64,000 nt of DNA from a virus (Duplodnaviria; Caudoviricetes), in the IMG/VR virus record IMGVR_UViG_2773858068_000002, positions 113 to 64,112 of that record, one strand, 5' to 3'. This document shows, one piece after another, positions 9,467 to 17,919 of the stretch. The notes beneath the pieces are model-generated. The model searched no databases. It saw only the letters and a program-made list of their open reading frames with translations, and was not told the origin of the DNA. Position 1 is the stretch's first letter. Each line of letters starts with the position of its first letter. A program made the translations under genes and the position numbers.

Positions 9467-10630
9467 TTAGGCGCGCAGCTCGCGGCTGCCGTTGGACTGC
9501 ATGGGCGTCACCAGGCCGGCCAGCTCCATGGATTCCAGGAGGTGGGCGGCGCGGTTGTAGCCGATGCGCAGATGGCGCTGGATGAGAGAAATAGAGGGGC
9601 GGCGGTGCTTGCGCACCACAATGACTGCCTCGGTGTAGAGCGGGTCGATAGCGTCGCCGGCGTCGTCGCTGTCATCGTCGTCTTCGAGGGGCAACTGGCC
9701 CGCCGTCGGCGCGGCCGCGTCGGCGGCAGCATCCTGGAACTGCTTCTCGCCGCCAAGGGCGTAGACCAGCTCGGCCAGCAGCTTGGCGATTTCCCCGGCC
9801 ATCAGCAGGAATTCCGCGTCGAAGACCTCGGCGTCTGTGTCTTCGGCCGGGTGATTCTCTTTCAGCACGTCCAGCGCCCGGATCTTGCGGATGTCCAGGT
9901 CTTCGGTCAGTTCGAACGAGATCCTGTCTGCCCAGGTCATGGCCAGCCGCGTGCACTGCTTGCCGGATTGGATGTGACGTCGCACGTCATCGGCATCGAT
10001 GGAGTGCTTGACGTAACGGATAGTCGCGCCGCTTTCTCCGGAGGCGCGCAGCTCCGCGTCCTGGTCGATGCTGAAGTTGGTCGGGGCTTCGTCCATGGCC
10101 AGCCAGCCGGTCATGGCGGACGCCGGCGACATGGCGACATACAGGTTTTCAAGCGGGAACGGCTCGATGGACTTGGCAAGGAGGCCGATGACCGTGTCCG
10201 CCTTGGTCGGCGTACTGGTGTCGATGATCAGCCAGCGCTCAATGGGGTCGATCCACAGGCGGATATCGTCGTACTGCGTCAGCGCCGTGGGCAGCTTCTC
10301 GTCGATGATCAGCTCGCGGATCTCCTTCATCTGCTTGCGGCCCGGCTTGTAGCCTTGCTGCTCTTCGATCTCGCGGGCTCGGGCCGCCGTGGCCTGGTTG
10401 ATGGCCTTGCCGGGCAGCAGCTTGGATTCGACGCGGAGCGTCAGGATGATCTTGCCGCTGACGGCATGGGCCAGGTCGGCGCCCTCGCGCGGCGGCACCC
10501 AGCCGACCGTCTGGAGCGCCAGCTGGCCGCCGGGCACGAAGGCATGAGCGGCCAGCTTGTCGTTTAACTCGTCCAGGTCCCGGAAGGGCCCGGCCGACGT
10601 CAGCCGATAGATCTTGGCGTTCTTGAACAT
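9467..10630 (-). CDS. rdgC: Recombination-associated protein RdgC with C-terminal FtsK-gamma-like domain
   Basis: MFKNAKIYRL...GWVPP...KLLPG...GKQCTRLAMTW; C-terminus DPLYTEAV...SISLIQRHLRIGYNRAA. Confidence 0.9.
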   Translation of the reverse strand: MFKNAKIYRLTSAGPFRDLDELNDKLAAHAFVPGGQLALQTVGWVPPREGADLAHAVSGKIILTLRVESKLLPGKAINQATAARAREIEEQQGYKPGRKQMKEIRELIIDEKLPTALTQYDDIRLWIDPIERWLIIDTSTPTKADTVIGLLAKSIEPFPLENLYVAMSPASAMTGWLAMDEAPTNFSIDQDAELRASGESGATIRYVKHSIDADDVRRHIQSGKQCTRLAMTWADRISFELTEDLDIRKIRALDVLKENHPAEDTDAEVFDAEFLLMAGEIAKLLAELVYALGGEKQFQDAAADAAAPTAGQLPLEDDDDSDDAGDAIDPLYTEAVIVVRKHRRPSISLIQRHLRIGYNRAAHLLESMELAGLVTPMQSNGSRELRA

Positions 10631-10642
10631 TGCGGCGTCCCC

Positions 10643-11866
10643 TTATTCCGGCGCGGCCATGCGGCGGCGGGCGGTGCCCACCGGGCGCTGCTGCTGTTGC
10701 TGCTGCGCCTGAGGCTCCGGTTCGGGCTGGCGCGTCATGGCGAGACGGCGCTCCTGGTAGACCTGGTGCAAACGCGCGCGGATGCGCAGGTCGTTCACGC
10801 CATCGATGGAGTCGCTGGCCAGGTCCAGCACGTCCAGAGTCTTGGCATTGACGAGCTGGTGCTCGACAGCCGCGGGGTCCAGGCCCGGGTCCTCCTCACC
10901 ACCGGGCGGGTTGCCCCGCTGCCCGCCGGCCGGCTCCGCCTGAGCGGCAGGGGCGGCCGCTGCCGCGCCCTGCGCCGGGTTACCGGCCTCGGCTTGCGCC
11001 TTCGCGGGGGATGTGTCGGGTTGCGTCGTGCGAGTAGACTGGCCTGCGCTTCCGGCGGCTCGCTGCATCACTTCGCCGGTTTCCTGGTCCACTTCCTCGA
11101 CAGGGCGGCCGGTGTCCATGTCGATGACGATGCCCTGTTCGATATTGACGCCGCGGCCAGCCTCGGCGGCATGGCTGACCGCCAACGCATTGGAAACCTC
11201 GATCGAGCACGGCATGTACTTCAGCACCTGGAGGAGCGGCACCTTCCGCGCATACATCTCCCAATCCCGATAGCTGTAGTGCTTGCGGCCGACTTTGTTG
11301 TATTTGTCGCGGTGCTTCTCGATCTTCGACACGCGCCAGAGTTCGATGATGGGCATCGCGGCGTCGCGCACCCAGCCGATCGCATAGGCGTGCGTGATGT
11401 CTTCGGGCGCATCCAGGTCCGTTTCGTTGTGGATGACCAAGTCGCGGCGAGCGCCATCGGTGAACGTGTATTCCTGGTCGCGGAAGATCACGCCGGTGAA
11501 CACCGTGCCGCGGCCGCTACGCGCGACCAGGTCAACCAGTCCCTTCCAGCCAGGCACGAAGGTGCAGGTTTGGCCGTAGGGGATGAGATATCCCTGGCCG
11601 TTGACGCCGGGTTCCAGGCCCAGCTGGCCGGCAGTCATGATCGACGCCGCGATGCTGCGCTGGTCGCAGTTCTGCAATTGACGGCTGCTGCTGAATGCGG
11701 TCAATGCCAGGCGCGACATGCGATCGGCCGTCAGGTGCTTCGGCAGAGCCAGCGCAAGCTGCGGCTTGAACCGATCCATGAAGTGGCTGAACGACGCGAG
11801 CGGGTTCTTGGTGGGCTCGCCGGTCTTCTGCAGGTCACCAATGGACGAAGATTGCTGTTGGGCCAT
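10643..11866 (-). CDS. recT: RecT-family single-strand annealing protein with low-complexity C-terminal tail
   Basis: ALPKHLTADRMSRLAL...LGLEPGVNGQGYLIPY...GWKGLVDLVARSG...MYARK. Confidence 0.92.
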   Translation of the reverse strand: MAQQQSSSIGDLQKTGEPTKNPLASFSHFMDRFKPQLALALPKHLTADRMSRLALTAFSSSRQLQNCDQRSIAASIMTAGQLGLEPGVNGQGYLIPYGQTCTFVPGWKGLVDLVARSGRGTVFTGVIFRDQEYTFTDGARRDLVIHNETDLDAPEDITHAYAIGWVRDAAMPIIELWRVSKIEKHRDKYNKVGRKHYSYRDWEMYARKVPLLQVLKYMPCSIEVSNALAVSHAAEAGRGVNIEQGIVIDMDTGRPVEEVDQETGEVMQRAAGSAGQSTRTTQPDTSPAKAQAEAGNPAQGAAAAAPAAQAEPAGGQRGNPPGGEEDPGLDPAAVEHQLVNAKTLDVLDLASDSIDGVNDLRIRARLHQVYQERRLAMTRQPEPEPQAQQQQQQRPVGTARRRMAAPE

Positions 11867-11868
11867 GA

Positions 11869-12090
11869 TCAGTGTCCTTTCTTCTGCTGGTTGCGATAGG
11901 CCTGGTACTCGGCGGCCGTTGCCATGCCGACGATCTGGCGGTCCTCGGGCTTGGCTTCGCGGTCGTACTGCTTGACCTGGCTGACCAAGAACGAGGCCGG
12001 ATCCCAGGCCAGGTGCTGGGTGACGACCGTTTTGCCGGCCTGATCGGTGCGCCGGACGTACACGTCGCGGCTGACGGGGTGGAGGGACAT
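11869..12090 (-). CDS. Hypothetical phage protein
   Basis: 73-aa ORF with RBS GAGGAG inside the recombination operon. Confidence 0.7.
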   Translation of the reverse strand: MSLHPVSRDVYVRRTDQAGKTVVTQHLAWDPASFLVSQVKQYDREAKPEDRQIVGMATAAEYQAYRNQQKKGH

Positions 12091-12105
12091 GCGGGGCTCC
12101 TCTGG

Positions 12106-12927
12106 TTATCGGAAAAGGCAGGTGGACCAGCGCGCGCAGTACTTCGGGCTGCACAGGACGCTGGAGGGATTCGGGGGGAAAAGGCCGGTGCGGAACATCG
12201 CCGCGGCATGCTCGATCAGGCCGGGCTGGTCGGGCTCGCCGACCATGACGCGGCGGGCGTCGAAAACGGGGCTGACGGCTGCGGCGGCGGTGGCGCCAGT
12301 GGACAGCGCGATGATCTGGGAGCCGACCGTGCGTACCTTCTTGGTCTGCTCGTACATGAGCTGGTAAGTCCCCGTCTGCGGGGCGCGGCCCTGCGTGACG
12401 GCCTGGCCGTCCTGGATCACGCGCAAGCCGGTCTTGACGTCGGGGATGACGATGCCACCCTCGGTTTCGGCGACCCGCGCGCGGTCCATCGTGCCGGTCA
12501 GGCGCACGACCATGCCGCGGCCGCAGTCGATATCCAGCGGGTCCAGCTTCGTTTCGACGTCGATGTATGTGAACCGCGGGGCTACGTCAGCGCAGTACTT
12601 CACCAGGGCGGTCAGCGCGATGCGCTCGGCGGTCGCCAGCGTCAGGCCATCCTGGGCGTGGTCGACCTCATAGGCCGGGTTGTGCAGCTCGTCGACCAGC
12701 ACGTCGGCGGCCTCGTCGGGCGTGCAGGGGTTCCCCTCCAGGCGGGCCAGGTCGTAGGCGGCGGTGCCGGCGTGGACGGCCGTGCCTAGCAGGGCTCGCA
12801 TGCCGGCAGGCTTCTTCATGCCCAGGATGTGCGTGCCTTCCCAGGCGTGCGCGCAGTCGAACAGGCGGCCCCAGCTGGAGGCACGCACGGTGAACACGTT
12901 GGGTTCTATGGTGGTGGCTCCGGTCAT
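12106..12927 (-). CDS. PD-(D/E)XK exonuclease (RecB/Cas4-like), likely RecT partner
   Basis: VRASSWGRLFDC...LGTAVH...LTGTMD...IPDVKTG...QTGTY...CSPKYCARWSTC. Confidence 0.85.
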   Translation of the reverse strand: MTGATTIEPNVFTVRASSWGRLFDCAHAWEGTHILGMKKPAGMRALLGTAVHAGTAAYDLARLEGNPCTPDEAADVLVDELHNPAYEVDHAQDGLTLATAERIALTALVKYCADVAPRFTYIDVETKLDPLDIDCGRGMVVRLTGTMDRARVAETEGGIVIPDVKTGLRVIQDGQAVTQGRAPQTGTYQLMYEQTKKVRTVGSQIIALSTGATAAAAVSPVFDARRVMVGEPDQPGLIEHAAAMFRTGLFPPNPSSVLCSPKYCARWSTCLFR

Positions 12928-13073
12928 TTCGAGGTCTGCTGCTGGGCGCCGGCACGCAGGGCCGCGGCTTCGTCGGCCTGCTGGACGTAGCCGTAGGCGA
13001 AAACTGCGGCGACGAGGGCGAGCGCCGCGACGGCGTGGTCGCGGTCGAGGGCGGCGAGAAGGCGGCGGATCAT
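12924..13073 (-). CDS. Small membrane protein
   Basis: MIRRLLAALDRDHAVAALALVAAVFAYGY; coupled to neighbours. Confidence 0.6.
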   Translation of the reverse strand: MIRRLLAALDRDHAVAALALVAAVFAYGYVQQADEAAALRAGAQQQTSK

Positions 13074-13294
13074 TGGGCACCTCGCGCAGAGAGCATGGCG
13101 TCGGCCATTTGCCAGCAGTGAGCCGCCCACTTATCCAGTGACATCTGCGTTTGCGTGGCGGACATATAGAAAATCGGAGGTTCGGCCGCCTGCATCGCCC
13201 TCATGGCGAACGCATCGCGCAGGGTCATACTGCCCAGGTGGGCACCTTGCTCGCCCCAGGGGAACGCCGAGCCGCCGTCGTTGATCTTGGTCAT
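13070..13294 (-). CDS. Hypothetical phage protein
   Basis: MTKINDGGSAFP...GSMTLRDAFAMRAMQ...AAHCWQMADAML, a widespread small phage family. Confidence 0.8.
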   Translation of the reverse strand: MTKINDGGSAFPWGEQGAHLGSMTLRDAFAMRAMQAAEPPIFYMSATQTQMSLDKWAAHCWQMADAMLSARGAQ

Positions 13295-13602
13295 TGCTGC
13301 TCCCCCTTGGCCTTGGCGATTGCGGCGCGCCCGACAGCTACAGCAGCTTCCACGCGGGTCCCACGCTGATAGGCCACGTCCATACCAAGCAGCGCTTCCA
13401 ACGCCTCCAGCAGCGCGGGCGCGGCGGCGATCAGGCGTGCGTCCTCTGCGCGCCAGATGCTCTCGGCGATCAGATAGCCGCCGTAGTGTTCGACCTCGTC
13501 GTGGCCGCCGTTGAGGGTGTAGTTGGGCAGCGGCTGGTCGGACACCACGGTTCCGCCGGGCTTGCCGGGCCGCCAGTTTCCGGGAGTGTGCTGGGCGCTC
13601 AT
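13291..13602 (-). CDS. Hypothetical phage protein
   Basis: MSAQHTPGNW...DARLIAAAPALLEAL...AAIAKAKGE, a widespread phage family. Confidence 0.8.
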   Translation of the reverse strand: MSAQHTPGNWRPGKPGGTVVSDQPLPNYTLNGGHDEVEHYGGYLIAESIWRAEDARLIAAAPALLEALEALLGMDVAYQRGTRVEAAVAVGRAAIAKAKGEQQ

Positions 13603-13883
13603 GCGTGCCTCGCATAATCGGAGTCCGGCACGATCACGACGTCGCCGCGGATCTGGTGAGGGATGCCGCGGGCATCCTGGTACAGGCGCGTGGCCTTGGG
13701 GTTGACCGGCAGGTTTTTCAGAATGCCTTCGTCGTCGACCAGCATGACGTGCACGCGGTCGGCCAGCCTGACGGTGTCCAGGGCTTCGGCGCCGATCATC
13801 TGGCGAACGTCCTGCAGGGCATGCGGGCCATGCAGCTCGGTTTCGGCGCCGTCGGCGCGGATCAGATTGCGGATGGGTTTCAT
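13599..13883 (-). CDS. DUF3846-like phage protein
   Basis: MLVDDEGILKNLPVNPKAT...IRGDVVIV. Confidence 0.75.
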   Translation of the reverse strand: MKPIRNLIRADGAETELHGPHALQDVRQMIGAEALDTVRLADRVHVMLVDDEGILKNLPVNPKATRLYQDARGIPHQIRGDVVIVPDSDYARHA

Positions 13884-14236
13884 GCGCGGACCTCCCGTTC
13901 GCTGTCGAGCGCGGCCTGGGCTATCTGCGCCAACTCGAAGTCGCGGTCCAGGTGGCCGGTGGCGCCGCCCGCGACCTGAGCCAGGGCGGTGCGCAGCCGG
14001 GCGTTGGCCAGGCGCAGCTGGTGGTTCTTCGCCTGCAGCACGGCCTCGCTGACCATCTTGGGCAGCTCATGCTCGGCGGCGACATAGGGCCGGCCTTGCA
14101 GCGCGGCTTCGGCGCGGCTGGCGATCCAGCGCAGGCGGCGCGTCTGCGTCGAGCTGGAGCGCGCCGTGCGCCTGATGTGGTCCAGGGCATCCTGGTAGAT
14201 TTCGGCCGTGGACGGCAGCGGAATGGGGGCATTCAT
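13880..14236 (-). CDS. Hypothetical phage protein
   Basis: MNAPIPLPSTAEIYQDAL...; 4-nt overlaps at both ends. Confidence 0.7.
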   Translation of the reverse strand: MNAPIPLPSTAEIYQDALDHIRRTARSSSTQTRRLRWIASRAEAALQGRPYVAAEHELPKMVSEAVLQAKNHQLRLANARLRTALAQVAGGATGHLDRDFELAQIAQAALDSEREVRA

Positions 14237-14442
14237 TGCGGGCGGATCTCCAAGGTGGCCGCGCCCGCGCGAATCTGACGGCTGGGCAAGCAGTCGAAGG
14301 TGACGCGGGTGGTGGGCGGGAAGACGGCGAGGACGTCGAGGCATTCGGCCTGGGTGGCGAAGCGCTCGATCACCATGACGGGCGGCCGGTCGTGGCCGGC
14401 GGGCAGGAAGGCCAGCAGGACCCAGAGGGTGGTGGCGGTCAT
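14233..14442 (-). CDS. Hypothetical phage protein
   Basis: MTATTLWVLLAFL...F.TQAECL...FDCLP. Confidence 0.65.
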   Translation of the reverse strand: MTATTLWVLLAFLPAGHDRPPVMVIERFATQAECLDVLAVFPPTTRVTFDCLPSRQIRAGAATLEIRPQ

Positions 14443-14549
14443 GCGGTCGGGCTCCAGGAATCGGCGCGGCGCAGGCGAGCCATGACGGCGTCCCCGGCCC
14501 GGGCCAGGGCGTAAGCGAGGGGAAGGAGGAGGAGGGCGGCGCCGATCAT
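14439..14549 (-). CDS. 36-aa hydrophobic peptide
   Basis: Manual translation MIGAALLLLPLAYALARAGDAVMARLRRADSWSPTA; ATGA coupling at both ends. Confidence 0.55.
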   Translation of the reverse strand: MIGAALLLLPLAYALARAGDAVMARLRRADSWSPTA

Positions 14550-14632
14550 TTGCGCGCTCCCCGGCGGGCCGCGATGAGGTCGCAGACTTCGGCGCAGAAG
14601 ACCAGCACGCCGACGATGAGGAAGCCGAGCAT
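14546..14632 (-). CDS. 28-aa hydrophobic peptide
   Basis: MLGFLIVGVLVFCAEVCDLIAARRGARK; RBS GGGGAGG; TGATG coupling. Confidence 0.55.
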   Translation of the reverse strand: MLGFLIVGVLVFCAEVCDLIAARRGARK

Positions 14633-15000
14633 CAGGCGGCCTCCCCGGTGTCCCGCGGCGAACGGGGAATCAGCTGGCGCGCGCGCAGTACAAGCTCGTC
14701 CTTCAGCTGCTGGACGCCTTCGGCGCCGTCGCGCTGGTCGAAATGCCACTTGCTGATGACGGTCAGCGCCACGCCGGCAGCGGCCTTCGGGCTCAGATCG
14801 CATTGCAGGGTTTCGACCCACCATTCCAGGGTTTCGCCGAAGGCATGCTTAGCGCGGCCAGCGAAAAGGTCGCAGAGGACGCTGAGGATGTCGGCGTCGC
14901 TCAGTTCGTGCGGGGGGAGATGCACCACCGGGTAGTCGTCGGTGCTGGGTGCGGCCGCCGGCATGCCTACGTGCGCAGGCGCTTGGCAAGTCGAGAGCAT
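14632..15000 (-). CDS. First gene of leftward early operon, hypothetical
   Basis: ATG preceded by GAGGA, directly downstream of the PL-like promoter. Confidence 0.7.
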   Translation of the reverse strand: MLSTCQAPAHVGMPAAAPSTDDYPVVHLPPHELSDADILSVLCDLFAGRAKHAFGETLEWWVETLQCDLSPKAAAGVALTVISKWHFDQRDGAEGVQQLKDELVLRARQLIPRSPRDTGEAA

Positions 15001-15019
15001 GGAATCCTCGCGTCATTGA

Positions 15020-15090
15020 TGACCCGTAAATGGGTCGATGGGGAGGATTCTCAGCCCAAAAATGGGTTGTGTCAACCCGAAAATGGGTTG
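15020..15090. promoter_or_regulatory. OL: three repressor operators, consensus CAACCC-N6-GGGTTG
   Basis: 15020-15037 TGACCCGTAAATGGGTCG, 15052-15069 CAGCCCAAAAATGGGTTG, 15073-15090 CAACCCGAAAATGGGTTG. Confidence 0.85.
15047..15075 (-). promoter_or_regulatory. PL-like sigma70 promoter
   Basis: TTGACA-N17-GAGAAT on the minus strand, with an operator filling the spacer. Confidence 0.8.
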
Positions 15091-15096
15091 CTGCGG

Positions 15097-15121
15097 AAAA
15101 AAGAAAGCCCCTGAGAGGGGC
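15097..15121 (-). terminator. Intrinsic terminator ending the cI-lipoprotein operon
   Basis: GCCCCT-CTC-AGGGGC followed by TTTCTTTTTT. Confidence 0.75.
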
Positions 15122-15129
15122 CGCTGTTG

Positions 15130-15747
15130 CTACTTCCGTTCAGGCGAGGTTCTGAGAACCACCCTTGGCGCGGAAGGTTTGATAGTCACGTAATCGACTT
15201 GATCGGGTTTGGCCGGGGCAAGGATGATTTCTTCCGTGTTCCAGGCGCCGGGTTTGATTTCGCCCGAGATGCTGATTTCTTTTTTCTGATGCGTGTTTGA
15301 ATCGTAATTCTTGGTGCCTGGCGCCGCGTTCGCCCAGGCAACTTGTAGCTTCAGGCCGGGAAAAGTCGCAGAGGTCGGATTGCCAACATCGAGCTTGACC
15401 TTGACACCGTTCGCGTAAGGAGTGACGTCCCGGACCGCAATCAGTACGCTGCCAACGGGCATCTCAGCGACGCTGTAGCCCTTTTCGGTCAACGAAAGGA
15501 AGGCAGTTTGGGCGAGGTCGTCTGAGGAAGCATCTTCCCATCGCAAGTTAAACACATCATCCTGCAATTTCACGATGTCGGAGGTCAGCTTCGAATGCTC
15601 GACCTTCAGTTGTGCAATGGCCTGCGCTTGTTCTGTGACAGTGCTCCGAAGAGAACGTAGTTCTGCCACCGTCTCGGCGTCAGGCTTACAGCCAGAAAGC
15701 CCAGCAGCTAAGCCCAGAATGACAGCTGCTTTGGTGATGCGGTTCAT
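15130..15747 (-). CDS. Lipoprotein (YajI/DUF3251-like), candidate superinfection exclusion
   Basis: Lipobox LSGC after signal peptide; coiled coil then beta-rich domain (KVKLDVGNPTSATF); AT-richer codon use; downstream of cI. Confidence 0.75.
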   Translation of the reverse strand: MNRITKAAVILGLAAGLSGCKPDAETVAELRSLRSTVTEQAQAIAQLKVEHSKLTSDIVKLQDDVFNLRWEDASSDDLAQTAFLSLTEKGYSVAEMPVGSVLIAVRDVTPYANGVKVKLDVGNPTSATFPGLKLQVAWANAAPGTKNYDSNTHQKKEISISGEIKPGAWNTEEIILAPAKPDQVDYVTIKPSAPRVVLRTSPERK

Positions 15748-15764
15748 AGTTCGTCAGCGCCCGA

Positions 15765-16187
15765 TTATTGTGTTGCACATTGGGTAAAACCTTGCCAGGT
15801 AATGCAGCGCGTGTTGGCCGGCCTTGCTGCTGCGTTCTGTGCGGCCCTTTCGGACTGCCACGTCGTTTCGCTCTGACGGAGGCGGCTTTCCGCCTCCGCA
15901 CGGTCAATCTTCCCAGCCTGGTAGGCTTCCAGCGTCGTAATGTCTGAGCTTGCCCAGCGCATTCCAGCGACGTCCGACACGGAAACCGGCTCCTTCGCCA
16001 ACTGCGCGTACATTTCCTTTAGCTTGTCCACGCGCGACAGCTTGCCGGCCGCCTCTCGCGCCGATGCGTCTTTCTGCCATTCGGAAAAGGCGGCAAGCTT
16101 GCGATCGGAGGGTGATGGGGAGGCGGCGCAGCCCGATATAGCACCAGCCACCACAATCGAACATAAGACAAGTACTAATTTGCTCAT
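15765..16187 (-). CDS. Lipoprotein of unknown function
   Basis: MSKLVLVLCSIVVAGAISGC lipobox; C-terminal C...C. Confidence 0.75.
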   Translation of the reverse strand: MSKLVLVLCSIVVAGAISGCAASPSPSDRKLAAFSEWQKDASAREAAGKLSRVDKLKEMYAQLAKEPVSVSDVAGMRWASSDITTLEAYQAGKIDRAEAESRLRQSETTWQSERAAQNAAARPANTRCITWQGFTQCATQ

Positions 16188-16251
16188 CTTTTGACCTATT
16201 TTGTTGCATCAGGGCCAAATTTTTTTTCCGTCTGACCACACCAGACGAATG

Positions 16252-16683
16252 CTAGGACGCATTAGCCCTCTTGGAACCCGCACTTTTGATGGTCGGCTGC
16301 TGCACCTGGAGATACTTCTTTGCGTCTGCAAGGAGCAGGGCGCGGTACGTATCGTCCAGCTGGTGAAACAGCTCCAGGAGTTCGGCGTCGGCCGCGCTTG
16401 GCGTGACACCGCTAGCTGCGGGAGCGCTACCCGCGAGCCGTGGTTTATTGGTAGTCGACACGTCGGGTATCAGGAACTGCCAGGCTTCTAACCCGAAGGC
16501 CCGCGCGACTTCCTCAATATTTCCGATACCAGCGCTTATCTCGACGTTGCGTATGCGTCCGATTGTGGACTTGGTGACGCGCCGGGACAGCCGGTTTTCC
16601 AACGTGACATTGGAAAGGCCAGCTTCGCCCATCAATCGATCGAGGTTTGCGCCAACGATTTCCGCAGCGGACTTTTTACCCAT
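16252..16683 (-). CDS. cI: CI-like XRE repressor lacking the S24 autopeptidase domain
   Basis: N-terminal HTH (VTKSTIGRIRNVE...NIEEVARAFGLEAWQFL), short helical C-terminus (ELLELFHQLDDTYRALLL); 143 aa; divergent from cro. Confidence 0.85.
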   Translation of the reverse strand: MGKKSAAEIVGANLDRLMGEAGLSNVTLENRLSRRVTKSTIGRIRNVEISAGIGNIEEVARAFGLEAWQFLIPDVSTTNKPRLAGSAPAASGVTPSAADAELLELFHQLDDTYRALLLADAKKYLQVQQPTIKSAGSKRANAS

Positions 16684-16690
16684 AAATGGA

Positions 16691-16719
16691 ACTATGCCCC
16701 GGCTTGCGGACCATTTGCG
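16691..16719 (-). promoter_or_regulatory. PRM-like promoter, probably giving a leaderless cI mRNA
   Basis: -10 CATAGT ends 7 nt before the cI ATG; poor -35; no SD. Confidence 0.55.
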
Positions 16720-16745
16720 GGTTGACGCAACCCAAATATGGGTTG
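16707..16745. promoter_or_regulatory. OR: two operators
   Basis: 16728-16745 CAACCCAAATATGGGTTG (perfect arms) and 16707-16724 CGGACCATTTGCGGGTTG (one arm). Confidence 0.8.
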
Positions 16746-16750
16746 AAAAT
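16722..16750 (+). promoter_or_regulatory. PR-like promoter
   Basis: TTGACG-N17-GAAAAT, with the operator filling the spacer; cro ATG 7 nt downstream. Confidence 0.75.
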
Positions 16751-16757
16751 GCGGCGC

Positions 16758-16982
16758 ATGAACCAGCCGACATTTCTCTCCTCCGTACTCGCTCGCCTGA
16801 GCGCCGTTCGATTTCCTGATCTTCCCCGGGTAGCAGAGGGGTCTGGTGTGCCGGAAAGCACCGTGCGCAAGCTGCGATACGGGGAGGTGAAAAACCCTCG
16901 GGTTCAGACCGTGCAGGCGCTTCACGACTACTTCGAGCGGAGCGACGCGGCAGACACAAGCCAGGGGGAAGGGCATGCGTGA
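16758..16982 (+). CDS. cro: Cro-like HTH protein
   Basis: LPRVAEGSGVPESTVRKLRYGEVKNPRVQTVQAL; divergent from cI. Confidence 0.85.
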   Translation: MNQPTFLSSVLARLSAVRFPDLPRVAEGSGVPESTVRKLRYGEVKNPRVQTVQALHDYFERSDAADTSQGEGHA

Positions 16983-17919
16983 CACCCACATCCGCGCCAA
17001 GGCGATCGAGTTCGCGTTGCACCTCGCAGTGACGCGCCGCGCAGGAGCCGACACGCCGATCTGCGCGCGCGACGTCCTCAAGGACGCGCAGGTTTTCCTA
17101 GGGTTTTTGCAAGGGCGGCGACCGACGCGGCGTCGACGCGGAGGCGCCACGCCCGCGCCGCTCTTCGAAGTCGTGGCGCCTTCGGGCCATAAGTTCCGCA
17201 TCTGGCCGAACGGCCAGGCAAAGGGATTCCCCGAGGGTTCGGTGCTGATAAACGGCGTGGCACCGCGCCTGACGCTGACGCTAGGCCTGGTCGTCCGCGC
17301 GAGGAACGGCGGTCGGATCTCCGAAAAGGAGACCGAGCGGATCTTGGCGGTGTGGGAGCAGGGCGCGCCGATCGCGCCCGCGGAGTGTGCGCCGACCTGG
17401 GCCGAGCTGATCGAAGCGGGGCAATCTGGCTTGGCTGGACGATCCGATGCGCCCGTGCAATTGGGGCCGAACGACGCCGCGCTGGCGCTAGATCGCACGG
17501 TGGCGGAAGTGGTTTTCGGAATCCCTCCCGAAACCCTCGATAGCTGGCCTTTCCCGTTGCCGCGTTTCTCCACCGACCGACATGCCGCGGGCTTGGCGCT
17601 GGCGCGCGTGTCCACCCTGCCTGATGGACAGGTGCGCCTGCAGCAGGCACTCGCGGACGAACTCGACCAGTGGTTGCCGCCCGGCGACCGTTCCCATTTC
17701 GCTGTCCTGACGGTTTTTACCGCGGCAGCAATGTGCCGCGCTGCTGTCAGCGGGGCTCGTGAATGTAGGGCAGCAGGATCGATGCCAGCGCCTGGTAATC
17801 GTCCGGTCCAGGCCACCCCATCAACAGCGACGGACGCTTTTCCTGAACCTCCAGTCGAAACGGGAACAGGTCCAGCCGCGTCCGCTTCTCCAGAGGGCGC
17901 TGATTCCACATGTCGATGA
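16975..17919 (+). CDS. Hypothetical protein with phage ABA-sandwich-like domain
   Basis: LDRTVAEVVFG...PRFSTDRHAAGLAL resembles Phage_ABA_S; the last ~55 codons overlap an antisense gene. Confidence 0.65.
   Translation: MRDTHIRAKAIEFALHLAVTRRAGADTPICARDVLKDAQVFLGFLQGRRPTRRRRGGATPAPLFEVVAPSGHKFRIWPNGQAKGFPEGSVLINGVAPRLTLTLGLVVRARNGGRISEKETERILAVWEQGAPIAPAECAPTWAELIEAGQSGLAGRSDAPVQLGPNDAALALDRTVAEVVFGIPPETLDSWPFPLPRFSTDRHAAGLALARVSTLPDGQVRLQQALADELDQWLPPGDRSHFAVLTVFTAAAMCRAAVSGARECRAAGSMPAPGNRPVQATPSTATDAFPEPPVETGTGPAASASPEGADSTCR

Noticed and set aside
12106-12927. Cas4-like nuclease as evidence of a CRISPR system
   Set aside because: No repeat-spacer array or other cas genes found; it sits beside RecT as a recombination exonuclease
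567-14514. Many long + strand ORFs over the leftward arm, and long - strand ORFs over the late operon (e.g. 49001-51808)
   Set aside because: Shadow ORFs of GC-rich coding DNA: no RBS, Arg/Pro/Ala-biased, and antisense to genes with clear family motifs
16219-16248. Hairpin with T run between cI and the lipoprotein genes as a terminator
   Set aside because: The T run precedes the stem on + (an A run follows on -), so it has the wrong polarity for either strand
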